This document shows, piece by piece, positions 8,675 to 18,122 of a stretch of DNA of 64,000 nt. The notes under the pieces are model-generated. The model ran no database searches, had not been told where the DNA came from, and saw only the letters and a list, made by a program, of their open reading frames with translations. The DNA comes from Armatimonadota bacterium. Its GTDB lineage: Bacteria; Armatimonadota; Zipacnadia; Zipacnadales; VGFC01. The stretch lies in assembly GCA_016869045.1 (NCBI GenBank), contig VGFC01000001.1, positions 34,518-98,517 of the forward strand, given 5' to 3'. The translations under genes were made by a program, and so were the position numbers. Each line of letters opens with the position of its first letter. Within the stretch, counting starts at the first letter, position 1.

Positions 8675-10366
8675 ATGACCTCACGAACTGCCCTCGCGCT
8701 CTGCGCCGCCCTTGCTATGGCCGCCGTTGCCGGGTCGGCGGCGCAAGGCCAGGAGGCTCCCGCCGAAGCGGCGGCCCGGCTCACGCGTTCGGCGGCGGAG
8801 CTGGTCCAGCAGAAGAAGTATGACGAGGCGCTGAACCTCCTCCGTCAGGCCCAGGAGACCGCGCCGACATACGCTCCCGCGCAGGAATGGCTCGCCCACG
8901 TCTACGAGGTGACCGGGGACAAGGCCCAGGCGCTCAACCACGTGGCTGCTTTGCTGGCGCTCCAGCCGCGCAGCGAGTACGGCCTCGCGGCAGCCAAGCG
9001 TCTGTTCCTCAGGCCGCCCTTTCCCCGCCGCCTGAACCGGGGGCTGCTGGCGGTCAGCCCCGTCGCCTTCACCGTGGACCAGGGATGCGCGCTGACGGAC
9101 GAGCGGGTCCCCGCCTTCCCCGCCCGGCTGGCGCTCTGCTACACCACGTCCGCGAAGTACCCCGAGGACGGCGCCGACGGCGGCCCGATCGTCGAACGCC
9201 GCCTCCCCGGACCGGGCAACCAGCCTGCCCAGTTCAACCGCGTCGTCTACGGCTACCGCGAGGACCCTGAGGCCGGCGACTTCCGCCTCGCCGTGATCGC
9301 GTACTACCCGTCCGAGCTGCTCTCGGGCACCGAGATCGATCTCGGCCCCACGGCCCAGCGCCTCGTGCACCTCATGCTCCGCTTCCGCACGTATGCCGAG
9401 GGCTACCTGGGTCTGCCGCCGCAGGGCGACGCCGAGGGGCTGAACCGCCTGTGGCTCTGCACCAACGGCCCCAACGGCGCCGAACGCAGCGAGAGCGACA
9501 TCCTCTTCTACCAGGCCCTCAGCCCGGATCGCTCGGCGCTGGAGTGGCTCAGGCAGCTGGCTCACGAGTCCGGCCACCTGCTCTTGCCGACCGTCGGCGG
9601 GTTCGCCGCGACGGAGATGTGGGGCAGCGGCGAGGTCGGCGAGCGCCTGTTCGTGCACTGGCTGGCTCAGGAGGCCGGCGGTTGGAGCGGCGCCGGCTGG
9701 CCCTCGGACGCCGCGGTCGCCCGCCTGGACGGCCTCTGGCCCGGCTGCGGCGCCGCCGCCGAGGACTACCTCGCAGCCTCCGGGCGCGCGCCGCTGGGGG
9801 TCTGGGCCGGCGACGGGCCGGAGTCCGAACTCATCATGGGCACCGACGAGCGGGCCATGCGCTACTACGTGGGCTTCGCTCTCTACATCCTCGCCGCGCA
9901 CGGGTCGAGCGGCCTGCGCGACGTGGTGAAGACCTGCACCGGGACCACGGTCGCCGACTTCGTCTACGCCTATCGCCAGACCGTGACCGCGCGCGCCAAG
10001 GCCGGCCCGCTCACGCTGGGCAGCGGGTGCCTCAACCCGGCGGAGAGCAAGCTGACGCGGCCGCCCTCGGCCGCGAACCTCGCGCCCCAGTCCATCACCC
10101 TCGCGGCGGGAGACACAGTCGCCTACCCAGTGTTCCTGCCTAAGGGGACTTGGCGGCTGACCTTGGGCATCCCCGACGCCGGGGCGAAGATCCTCGTCTC
10201 CTTCGATGGCAGCGCCGATGCGCAGGTCGAGATCACACCCAAGTGCGAGCCGGTCCTCATCGGGCCGCTGACCGAGGGCTGGCACAAGCTCAGACTGCGT
10301 ACGCCCGCCGACCAGCCGCCGGTCCGCCTCGAGGGGCTCACCTTCAGCGAGGGCCCCGCCGCATAG
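8675..10366 (+). CDS. secreted protein with N-terminal TPR-like region and an HExxH (HESGH) motif, putative metallopeptidase-like
   Basis: Signal peptide MTSRTALALCAALAMAAVAGSAAQG. The LAHESGHLLLP zinc-binding-like motif is present. Otherwise unrecognised. Confidence 0.4.
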   Translation: MTSRTALALCAALAMAAVAGSAAQGQEAPAEAAARLTRSAAELVQQKKYDEALNLLRQAQETAPTYAPAQEWLAHVYEVTGDKAQALNHVAALLALQPRSEYGLAAAKRLFLRPPFPRRLNRGLLAVSPVAFTVDQGCALTDERVPAFPARLALCYTTSAKYPEDGADGGPIVERRLPGPGNQPAQFNRVVYGYREDPEAGDFRLAVIAYYPSELLSGTEIDLGPTAQRLVHLMLRFRTYAEGYLGLPPQGDAEGLNRLWLCTNGPNGAERSESDILFYQALSPDRSALEWLRQLAHESGHLLLPTVGGFAATEMWGSGEVGERLFVHWLAQEAGGWSGAGWPSDAAVARLDGLWPGCGAAAEDYLAASGRAPLGVWAGDGPESELIMGTDERAMRYYVGFALYILAAHGSSGLRDVVKTCTGTTVADFVYAYRQTVTARAKAGPLTLGSGCLNPAESKLTRPPSAANLAPQSITLAAGDTVAYPVFLPKGTWRLTLGIPDAGAKILVSFDGSADAQVEITPKCEPVLIGPLTEGWHKLRLRTPADQPPVRLEGLTFSEGPAA

Positions 10367-10421
10367 AGGCACCCGTTCGTCGGACACGTTGTCGGACCAA
10401 CCCCAGAAGGAGCAGTCAGGA

Positions 10422-10979
10422 ATGAGAACGTCAGCGTGGATTGGGATCGTCGTACTCGTCGTGCTATGCCTCGCCCTGTGCGGCTGCCCGAAGCCCGTGA
10501 AGCAGGCTGCAGAGGTCGCTCGTACCGCGCAGGACGCCCAGGACGGCAACTACACCGTCAAGGGCGAGAAGGGCGAGGAAATCAAGGTCGAGACGAAGGG
10601 CGAGGGTGAGAGCGGCTCTGTAACGGTCACCGGCCCCGATGGGGCGACCAAGAGCGAGTTCGGTGAGCAGGCCGTCAAGCAGGAAGACGTCGGCATCGAC
10701 TTCTACCCCGGCGCCACCGTACAGGGCGGAGGCAAGGTCACCGGCGGGGAGAAGGGCGGCTCCTGGGCGGCCGTCGGCCTCGAGACCAAGGACCCCTTCG
10801 ACAAGGTCGCCTCTTGGTACAAGGACAAGTACGGCAAGGGCAACACGGTCATCGAGAGCCCTGGCAGCCTGATGATCACCCTCAACGCAGGCGAGAACAA
10901 GGGCAAGATCATCATGGTGGCCGAAGACAAGGACAAGGGCATCACCACGATCGGGATCCACAGCGGCGAGGGCGGGTAG
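10422..10979 (+). CDS. lipoprotein, Gly/Lys/Glu-rich, hypothetical
   Basis: ATG with GAAGGAG upstream. Lipobox LALCGC after a hydrophobic h-region. A rho-independent-like hairpin sits at 11013-11042. Confidence 0.55.
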   Translation: MRTSAWIGIVVLVVLCLALCGCPKPVKQAAEVARTAQDAQDGNYTVKGEKGEEIKVETKGEGESGSVTVTGPDGATKSEFGEQAVKQEDVGIDFYPGATVQGGGKVTGGEKGGSWAAVGLETKDPFDKVASWYKDKYGKGNTVIESPGSLMITLNAGENKGKIIMVAEDKDKGITTIGIHSGEGG

Positions 10980-11068
10980 CCCCTCCCCGCGCCCGAATCG
11001 AAAGCGAGGCAAGCCCCCGTGCCGAAGGCGGCGAACGGGGGCCTGTTCCTGCTTCCGGCGGCAGCAAG

Positions 11069-12019
11069 GTGAACGATAGCCCAGACCCCCGCAACAAGCT
11101 CAACGACCTCTCCAACCGCGAGTGGCTCAGGGCGACCAAGAGCTTCTGGGTGACTGCCATCGGCCGTGAGCCGACCGAGTTGGATGCCCGGGCCTGGGAG
11201 GAGTTCGTCGCATGGCTCAGAGAGCGCCGCGGGGATGAGGCGACCGAGGAAGTTCTCGAACAGATCATCCCCAGCTTCGTCTTCAGCCGCACGCCGCCTC
11301 GCAGCAAGCTGAAGAGCCAACACCCCGCCACGTTTTCCGAGCTGGATGTCGCGCGCCTGATGTGCCTCTTCACGAAGCGCGGCGGCCGCGTGCTCGACCC
11401 TTTCGTCGGCACCGGATCGACCCTGATTGCGTGCGCCCGGGAAGGGCGCGTCGGCGTCGGCATCGAGCTGTCGCCCGAGTGGACCGAGGTCGCCCGCACC
11501 CGGCTGCAGGAGGAGGGCGGTTTCCTTGCGGGGGACCAGCGACTTATCGAGGCCGACGCGCGAGACGCCCTCCCCAAGCTGCCGCCCGAGTCCTTCGACC
11601 TCCTCCTGACCAGCCCGCCCTACTGGAGCATGTTGCGCAAGAAGCCCGGCCTCAAGGCGAAGACCGAGCGCGTCACCAAGGGCCTCGCGACCCATTACAG
11701 CGAATCAGCGGGTGATCTGGGGAACATCGAGGGGTACGATGACTTCCTGGAGACCCTCGGATCGATCTTCGCCCTCGCCCTGCCCGCCCTCAAGCCCGGC
11801 GCCCATGCCTGCGTGATTGTCTCCGACTTCCGCCACGGAAGCCGCTTCGTCCTCCACCACGCGGACGTCGCCCGGGTCCTCGAGGACTCAGGCTACCCCC
11901 TCAAGGGCGTTACCGTCCTCGCCCAGGACAACAAGAACCTCTACCCCTTCGGCGTCCCCCACCGCTTCATCTCCAACATTCACCACCAGTATGTCCTCGT
12001 GCACCAGAAGACCGGCTAG
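11069..12019 (+). CDS. DNA N4/N6-amino methyltransferase (PF01555-like motifs in permuted order: FxGxG before SPPY)
   Basis: GTG at 11069 with AAGG upstream. LDPFVGTGSTLIACAREGRVGVGIEL is an AdoMet motif I plus the R-x-IGIE block. RLIEADARDALPKLPPESFDLLLTSPPYW is the catalytic (S/D)PPY motif IV. Confidence 0.7.
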   Translation: MNDSPDPRNKLNDLSNREWLRATKSFWVTAIGREPTELDARAWEEFVAWLRERRGDEATEEVLEQIIPSFVFSRTPPRSKLKSQHPATFSELDVARLMCLFTKRGGRVLDPFVGTGSTLIACAREGRVGVGIELSPEWTEVARTRLQEEGGFLAGDQRLIEADARDALPKLPPESFDLLLTSPPYWSMLRKKPGLKAKTERVTKGLATHYSESAGDLGNIEGYDDFLETLGSIFALALPALKPGAHACVIVSDFRHGSRFVLHHADVARVLEDSGYPLKGVTVLAQDNKNLYPFGVPHRFISNIHHQYVLVHQKTG

Positions 12020-12024
12020 CCGTG

Positions 12025-12077
12025 TGGGAGGGGCTTCAGCCCCGACTGTTCGCCCCTTGGGGCTGAAGCCCCTCCCA
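12025..12077. terminator. bidirectional hairpin between the convergent MTase and GIY-YIG genes
   Basis: tgggaggggcttcagcccc...ggggctgaagcccctccca forms a perfect 19-bp inverted repeat in the 80-nt gap between the two stop codons. Confidence 0.6.
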
Positions 12078-12098
12078 CAGTGCCAGCAGCGGCGGCCG

Positions 12099-12896
12099 TC
12101 ACGTCCGCTGGGTGTACTTGGGGAGGCGGCCGTGGCGGCGGACGTAGAGCCTGTGGAGTTCCTCTTCGGCGGCGGCAGGGCGGTCGGTGAGGGCCCAGCG
12201 GACGAGCAGCTTGGTCGTGTCCTCGCCCGCAAGGATGGCCTTGTGGACCGGGTGGTTGCCATGACCCATCACCAGTTGATGCTTGACCCGCGCACGGAGG
12301 TCGGCTGCCCGACCAATCGTCAGCCGCTCGATGTGGGGTTCCCGGATAACCTCGTAGACCCCCGGCCTGCCGATCGGCACGCGAGGGCCGGTGCGCTGCC
12401 TTTCATCCTGGAGGAGGTCGTTCCAGGGCACCCACCGGGACCATGCGAGCACGATGGGCGGTATCTCCAGAGCCTGGACCTGGGCGGCGGGGGTACCGTC
12501 ATCCGGGTCCGTCTCCACGCGCAAAGGTCGCGGCAGCCCTCTCGCCCTGGGGAACCTGGGCCGCACGCCGCCCTGCTGCGCCTGGGCCTGGGCGCTCCGG
12601 GTCCGGGCCGGCCGGTTGGCCTCCGGGCTGGCTGAGACGGGGAAGCCCATGCGCAGGAAGACGCGTCGCGCCCGGTCAGAGTCGACCTCCTTGCGCCCTA
12701 CGTCGAACGCGACAGCGAAGGCCTGCCTGACCGGGTACCGGACGCCGTTGACCTCGACGGCGTGGACGTTGATCCGGTCGGGCGTCACCTTCCGCAAGGC
12801 GTTCTCCACCTGCAGCTTCGTACGGCAGAGACGTTGTCCGTTGAGCGTGAACTCGTACGGGTGCTCCATGGGTCCCCCCGGGGAAGACGACGGCAA
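12099..12896 (-). CDS. GIY-YIG nuclease-domain protein (candidate restriction endonuclease partner of the adjacent MTase)
   Basis: C-terminal PGVYEVIREPHIERLTIGRAADLRARVKHQL matches the GIY...YIG...R...H pattern with the conserved Arg. N-terminal ~100 aa unrecognised. Start may instead be the second Met at 12869. Confidence 0.55.
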   Translation of the reverse strand: MPSSSPGGPMEHPYEFTLNGQRLCRTKLQVENALRKVTPDRINVHAVEVNGVRYPVRQAFAVAFDVGRKEVDSDRARRVFLRMGFPVSASPEANRPARTRSAQAQAQQGGVRPRFPRARGLPRPLRVETDPDDGTPAAQVQALEIPPIVLAWSRWVPWNDLLQDERQRTGPRVPIGRPGVYEVIREPHIERLTIGRAADLRARVKHQLVMGHGNHPVHKAILAGEDTTKLLVRWALTDRPAAAEEELHRLYVRRHGRLPKYTQRT

Positions 12897-13190
12897 CAGG
12901 AAGGCCCGCGCCTCACCTGTAGGTTGACCGTTGCGACCACACTCACCTTGTTCTCAGGTCGCGCCGCCCCCCAACGCCGTCGTCGGGGACAAGAGGGGCC
13001 TCCCGTGTCGCCGAAGAACGGGCCGGTAGACCTCAAGGGGGCCTTCAGGTGCGCGGCGCCTGCCGGATGGCCACGGCCGTCCTTCGCCGGCGACACCGCA
13101 GGCAAGGTGCGCACCCGGTGGACTGTGAGGCGGACGTGGTTGCCGCCCAGGACCGACGCCCGGTTGGTGTGGGCGTTTGAAGGTGACACG

Positions 13191-14549
13191 ATGCAGCCAA
13201 CGGACCTTCCACCCGACGAGTTCGCTGCGCGCCGAGTTCGAGTCTTCGAACGGATCGGGGACGCTTCGGCCCTGTTGCAGGGCGCCGGACCGGTGCGCGC
13301 CTTCGATCGGTTCCGGCAGTCGAACGAGTTCCATTACCTCAGCGGGGTCGAGGAGCCCCAGGCGTACGTGTTGCTCGATGGCAGCACGCGGGAGACGACG
13401 CTCTTCCTGCCTCGCCGGGAGGCCGGCCAGGCCAGCCACGACGAGCCGACGCTGTCTACCCTCGAAGACAGCGCGGTTCGCGAGCTGACGGGCGTAGAGC
13501 ACGTGTGTGCTTGGGGAGAGCTTGACGGGAAGCTGGCCTCGACCCGGGTGCTCTACGTCCCGCACCAGCCAGCCGAGGGCCGCCTGGCCAGCCGCGACGT
13601 GCTCCTCGGCGGCGCGAAGCTCGCGGCGATGGACCCCTACGAATCGGCGCTGGGCCGCGAGTCGCACTTCATCGGCCTGCTGCGCGCTCGACACCCGCAG
13701 ATCGAGATCCCCGACCTCTCCCCGATCCTGGACGAGCTGCGACTCGTGAAGAGCGCCCGTGAGGTGGAGCTGATCCGCCGCGCCGCGCAGTTGTGTGGCC
13801 TGGGGGTGATGGAGGCCATGCGCTCGACGCGCCCGGGCGTCATGGAGTACCAACTCGGCGCCGTGGCCGACCTCATCTTCCTGGCGGGCGGTGCGGGCGG
13901 GTCGGGGTATCGCGCCATCATCGCCGGCGGCGAGAACATCTGGTACCCTCACTATTTCACCAACGATCGCCCGCTGCGCGACGGCGACCTGGTGTTGATG
14001 GACTATGCGCCGGACTACGGCTACTACACCTGCGACATCGGGCGCATGTGGCCCGTGAACGGCCGGTACAGCGACCTGCAGCGTGAGCTGTACGGCTTCA
14101 TGGTGGCCTACCACCAGGCCCTGCTGCAACGTCTCCGCCCCGGTGTGACCGCCGCGCACGTCATGGACGAAGCCGCGCAGGAGATGGCCGATGTGGTCGC
14201 CGCCACTCGCTTCTCCAAGCCGGTCTACGAGGCCGCCGCGCGCCGGACGCTCGAGTTCCGCGGCCACCTGTCCCATCCGGTCGGTATGGCGGTTCACGAT
14301 GTCGGGAACTACCACGCCGCGCCGCTCGTGCCGGGCCTGACCTTCACGGTTGACCCGCAGATGTGGGTCCCCGAGGAGCGCCTGTACATCCGCTGCGAGG
14401 ACACCGTCGCCATCACCGACGGGGGGATGGAGAACCTGACGGGCTTCGTCCCACTCGAGCTGGACGCGACCGAGACCCTCATGCGCGAGGACGGTCTGCT
14501 CGACCGACTGCCGTCGGCGGTGCTGCACCCGAGTCCGCAGCCAACGTAG
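13191..14549 (+). CDS. M24-family Xaa-Pro aminopeptidase (creatinase N-terminal domain + pita-bread fold)
   Basis: ATG (MQPTDL) in frame with track ORF 12762..14549. M24 metal-ligand blocks DYAPDYGYYTCDIGR and HPVGMAVHDVG are present. Confidence 0.75.
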   Translation: MQPTDLPPDEFAARRVRVFERIGDASALLQGAGPVRAFDRFRQSNEFHYLSGVEEPQAYVLLDGSTRETTLFLPRREAGQASHDEPTLSTLEDSAVRELTGVEHVCAWGELDGKLASTRVLYVPHQPAEGRLASRDVLLGGAKLAAMDPYESALGRESHFIGLLRARHPQIEIPDLSPILDELRLVKSAREVELIRRAAQLCGLGVMEAMRSTRPGVMEYQLGAVADLIFLAGGAGGSGYRAIIAGGENIWYPHYFTNDRPLRDGDLVLMDYAPDYGYYTCDIGRMWPVNGRYSDLQRELYGFMVAYHQALLQRLRPGVTAAHVMDEAAQEMADVVAATRFSKPVYEAAARRTLEFRGHLSHPVGMAVHDVGNYHAAPLVPGLTFTVDPQMWVPEERLYIRCEDTVAITDGGMENLTGFVPLELDATETLMREDGLLDRLPSAVLHPSPQPT

Positions 14550-14560
14550 GAGACAGCGGC

Positions 14561-16111
14561 TCAGGTCCGCTTCCCGAGGTGCTGGGCCGATGGCACGGCA
14601 GCGATTCCGCCGAGGGCCGTGCATCGCAGCTCGCGCGGCATCATCTGCCCCACGGCGAGCACGGCGTCGATGGTCTCATCGAGGGGGATGGGGTTCTCGT
14701 AGCCGCCGAGGATGAGGTCGGCACAGACGAAGGCGCTCGACGCGGCCACAGCGTTCCGGGTGTGACAGGGAATCTCGCACCCGCCCTGAACGGGGTCGCA
14801 GACGAGTCCCATGCAGTTGTGGAAGGCGATGGCCGCCGCGTCGATCGCCTGCTGAGGTGCGCCCCCGGCCGCCTCGACCAGCGCGGCCGCTGCCATCGCT
14901 CCGGCAGCCCCGATCTCGACCTGGCAGCCCGCCGTCTCGGCGGCGAACGTTGCTCGTCTCGCTACCACGAGCCCGACAGCGGACGCGGCGAAGAGCGCCA
15001 GGGCGATTCGCTCGTCCGCGAGCCCCAGCTCCTCGGCCACCGTCATCAGAGCCCCCGGGATCGTGCCCGCTGAACCGCCCGTCGGCGCGGCACACACGAC
15101 GCCCCGGCTGTTGCTGACATGCATCACCGCCATCGCCCTGGCGGCCGCCCGGGTGTGCGGTCCTCCCAGCAGAAGCCTGCCCTCCCCCTCGGCCTGCATG
15201 ATCCCGGCCGCCGACGGGTTCAGCAGGTTCAGGCGCAGCTCGCTTCCGGCCAGGCCCTCCTCGACCGAGCCGCGCATCACTCCCCAACGCGCCTCGATCT
15301 CGGCCAGGGCTTCCTCTTCGGTGAGACCCAGCAGCCGGCACTCGTAGTCGAGGGTCACCTGTCCCAAAGACACTCCGCGTTCCTCCGCCAGCGCAACTGC
15401 CTCGATTGCGCTGACAAAGAGCGCGCTGCCGTGCGGGACGAAGAAGACCGGCGGCACCGACCAGACGCGCTCGACGCCGGGGATGCTCACCAGCGCCTCG
15501 CGTGCGGACGAAGCCAGAGGCGCGGTGCGGTGCGCGCAAGCGAGGCGCAGATCGCCCCGCGTCTCGAAGTGCACCCCCTCGGCCGACCGGCCATCAGCCG
15601 CAAGGAGCCGCGAGACTTCGCCCTCGGCCTCTCTTCGGCACTCAACCAGCACCTCGTGCCACTTGCCCGTGATTCGCACCGGCCACTCATCCAGTCGGCT
15701 GACGACGATCGCTCCCCCGCCGACCGAAGCCGCCGCGCACTGCAGCCGCTCCCCGGACGCGGTGGCCATGTCGATCTCGACGTGGTTGGGGTGATCCGCA
15801 TCGGGCAGAGGGCGGACCTCGAAGCGCACAGTAACGCCCGCCTGCTCCGCCAAGTGAAGGGCCTCGTGGTACTCACCGGCTGTCATCGGGATTCCGAGCA
15901 GCCCCGCGGCGAAAGCCAGGTCCGCGCCGCAGACGCGGTACGTCGGTGCGTAGGAGCCCTCGGGATCGAAGGTGAAGGTCACAGAGCGCGGTGCGTCCCC
16001 CAGGAGCGACCGCGCGAGCGTCGCGATCCGGTGAGCGCCGGCGTTGTGCGAGCTGGAGGGACCCCGCATGACCGGGCCGATGACCTCATTGAAGACGCTG
16101 ACGGCCTCCAT
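14561..16111 (-). CDS. sdaA: L-serine ammonia-lyase, iron-sulfur dependent, single-chain
   Basis: N-terminal GPVMRGPSSSHNAG (GPSSSH signature) and C-terminal Cys cluster CMGLVCDPVQGGCEIPC. Confidence 0.8.
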   Translation of the reverse strand: MEAVSVFNEVIGPVMRGPSSSHNAGAHRIATLARSLLGDAPRSVTFTFDPEGSYAPTYRVCGADLAFAAGLLGIPMTAGEYHEALHLAEQAGVTVRFEVRPLPDADHPNHVEIDMATASGERLQCAAASVGGGAIVVSRLDEWPVRITGKWHEVLVECRREAEGEVSRLLAADGRSAEGVHFETRGDLRLACAHRTAPLASSAREALVSIPGVERVWSVPPVFFVPHGSALFVSAIEAVALAEERGVSLGQVTLDYECRLLGLTEEEALAEIEARWGVMRGSVEEGLAGSELRLNLLNPSAAGIMQAEGEGRLLLGGPHTRAAARAMAVMHVSNSRGVVCAAPTGGSAGTIPGALMTVAEELGLADERIALALFAASAVGLVVARRATFAAETAGCQVEIGAAGAMAAAALVEAAGGAPQQAIDAAAIAFHNCMGLVCDPVQGGCEIPCHTRNAVAASSAFVCADLILGGYENPIPLDETIDAVLAVGQMMPRELRCTALGGIAAVPSAQHLGKRT

Positions 16112-16246
16112 GGTTCCTCCTGGCGGACGCCCGTTGTCCGGCGCCCGCCCTTCCTCAGCCGCCTCTCGCCGCCCTTTTCAGCGCCGCCGGAGGTCCTGGG
16201 GCGGCAGTTCTCGAAGCGAGGCGCACGCTATCGAGGGAGTGGTAAC

Positions 16247-17224
16247 ATGAGCGAGCACAGGCTTCTGTACCTGTCGAGGGAGGACGTGGTCAGCATTGGC
16301 CTCCCGATGTCCGACGTGATCGCCGGCGTCGAGGCTGCCTTCCGCGAGAAGGGGGAGGGCCGAACGGAGATGCCCCCGAAGCCGGGCATTCATCCCGGCG
16401 GCGGCGACAACTTCATCCACGCCATGCCGGCCTACATCCCGGGGCTGCGCTCCGCCGGGCTCAAGTGGGTCAGCGGGTTCCCGGGGAACGCCGACCGAGG
16501 ACTTCCGTACATCTCGGGCCTCCTCATCCTCAACGATGTTGACACCGGCCTCCCGCTCGCGGTGATGGACTGCACGTGGATCACCGCGATGCGGACGGGG
16601 GCCGCCACCGCCGTCGCGGCTCGGCGGCTGGCCCGGCCTGAGTCGTCCGTCCTTGGAGTCCTGGGATGCGGAGTGCAGGGGCGCAGCAACCTGGAGGCAC
16701 TCAAAGTGGTGCTCCCGATCGCGCACGTTCAGGCCTACGATACGGCCCCCGGCGTGGCGGCGGAGTACGCCGCCGAGGTCAGCGACAGGTTCGGCGTCAC
16801 GGTCTCGGTGGTCTCCTCTCCGCGAGAGGCCGTGAGCGGCTGTGACGTGGTTGTCACAGCCGGCCCGATCCAGAAGCACCCGCATCGGACCATCCAGGCG
16901 GGATGGCTGGACGCCGGGGCCTTCGCCTCACTCGTGGACTACGACTCGTACTTCGACCCCGCGGCCTTGCATGAGGCCGACAAGTTCTGCACGGACGACG
17001 TGCCCCAGTTGCGCCTGGCCCAGACCGCGGGCTACTTCGCGGACATCCCGCCCATCTACGCGGACCTGGGCGAGCTGGTTGCCGGCCGAAAGCCCGGCCG
17101 CGAGCGGCCGGAGGAGCGCACCATCACCGCCAACTTGGGGCTTGCCATCGACGACATGGCCGTCGCCCCGGTGCTGTACGGGAGGGCACTGGACAGCGGC
17201 ATCGGGACCTGGCTCCCTCTGTGA
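16247..17224 (+). CDS. ornithine cyclodeaminase / mu-crystallin family protein
   Basis: ATG with GAGGGAG upstream, in frame with the C-terminal part of track ORF 15119..17224. Rossmann motif VLGCGVQG. Confidence 0.7.
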   Translation: MSEHRLLYLSREDVVSIGLPMSDVIAGVEAAFREKGEGRTEMPPKPGIHPGGGDNFIHAMPAYIPGLRSAGLKWVSGFPGNADRGLPYISGLLILNDVDTGLPLAVMDCTWITAMRTGAATAVAARRLARPESSVLGVLGCGVQGRSNLEALKVVLPIAHVQAYDTAPGVAAEYAAEVSDRFGVTVSVVSSPREAVSGCDVVVTAGPIQKHPHRTIQAGWLDAGAFASLVDYDSYFDPAALHEADKFCTDDVPQLRLAQTAGYFADIPPIYADLGELVAGRKPGRERPEERTITANLGLAIDDMAVAPVLYGRALDSGIGTWLPL

Positions 17225-17293
17225 CGGCGAGCCGCAAGGGCAGCCAAGGAGGCGTTTGCCATACGTCCCCATCGAGGGCTAGCCCGTCGCCTC

Positions 17294-18004
17294 TCACGCC
17301 AGCGCGAGGATGTCCATGGCGGCGGCGCAGATCCAGTGGACGATCCAGCAGCCGACGGTGGAGCGGCTGCGGTAGGCAGTGACCCCGAGCGCGAGGCCCG
17401 CGATGACCGAGCCCCAGACCTCGGCTTCGGGCTTGCGGAAGTGCATCATCACGAAGGGAACGGTCTGGATGGCGATGGCCGCCGGGCCGAACTGCTTCGC
17501 CAGCCCGCGCAGCAGAAACCCCCGAAAAAAGAACTCCCATGAGAGGAAGTAGGCCCCGTAGGCCAGCTCCCAGGGGATCAACAGGATCGGGCGCTCGCGC
17601 GCGAGGGCGAACATGGGGTAGAACTCGCGGAACGCGACGGTGCGCGAGGCGATGGCGATGACGGGGAGGACGATGGCGAGATACACCGCCGCGTGCTTCC
17701 CCCACAGGCGCCAGTCACCGAGGGTCAGGCCGTAGTCGGTCACCTTCTCGCGCAGGCCGAAGCGGATGACGAGCACGGGGATGAGCAGCAGGCAGATGAG
17801 GTTCAGGCCGATCCAGCCGAACTGCCACCACTGATACTGCACCAGCTTCACGCGGTACGCGAAGTCGGGGTGGAACCACACAACGAGCAGCATCAGGATC
17901 GCGCAGACGCTCACGATCCCCGCCCCGCCCTTCAGCGAGTCGAAGAGGAGGCGGAAGGAGGCCTGGACTTCGGAGGACGGAGAGGGAGTGGGTTCGTTGG
18001 ACAT
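17294..18004 (-). CDS. CPBP-family intramembrane metalloprotease (CAAX protease-like)
   Basis: Start at MSNEPTPS within track ORF 17294..18271. Motifs PWELAYGAYFLSWEFFFRGFLL (EExxxR) and HW. Polytopic membrane protein. Start coordinate is +/-1 nt. Confidence 0.65.
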   Translation of the reverse strand: MSNEPTPSPSSEVQASFRLLFDSLKGGAGIVSVCAILMLLVVWFHPDFAYRVKLVQYQWWQFGWIGLNLICLLLIPVLVIRFGLREKVTDYGLTLGDWRLWGKHAAVYLAIVLPVIAIASRTVAFREFYPMFALARERPILLIPWELAYGAYFLSWEFFFRGFLLRGLAKQFGPAAIAIQTVPFVMMHFRKPEAEVWGSVIAGLALGVTAYRSRSTVGCWIVHWICAAAMDILALA

Positions 18005-18122
18005 GGTTTCGAGTTTCGGGTTTCGAGTCTCGGGTTGAGCGGCAGGGACCCGAGTCGCACGCGGCTGCAGCACCGCACGTCGTGCAACTCGGAACCGGCA
18101 ACCCGAAACGCGCAACGTTCCG

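Noticed and set aside
8640-8823. Small ORFs encoding GAMNGAPT / GRDESRPY / GRHEWRPY peptides (also at 22284..22466, 7605..8684 tail, 42796..44463 N-terminus)
   Set aside because: These peptides are translations of REP/MITE palindromes in various frames, not independent genes.
10814-11068. Upstream part of track ORF 10814..12019 (MTase)
   Set aside because: Overlaps the lipoprotein gene and its terminator hairpin with a His/Arg/Gln-rich translation. The MTase more plausibly starts at GTG 11069.
15119-16246. N-terminal 375 codons of track ORF 15119..17224
   Set aside because: Antisense to sdaA. The real gene is the ornithine cyclodeaminase-family CDS starting at ATG 16247 with its own RBS.
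18000-18040. tRNA-like T-arm string ggtttcgagtctc
   Set aside because: No acceptor/anticodon stem structure around it. It is part of a short-unit repeat in the CPBP gene leader.
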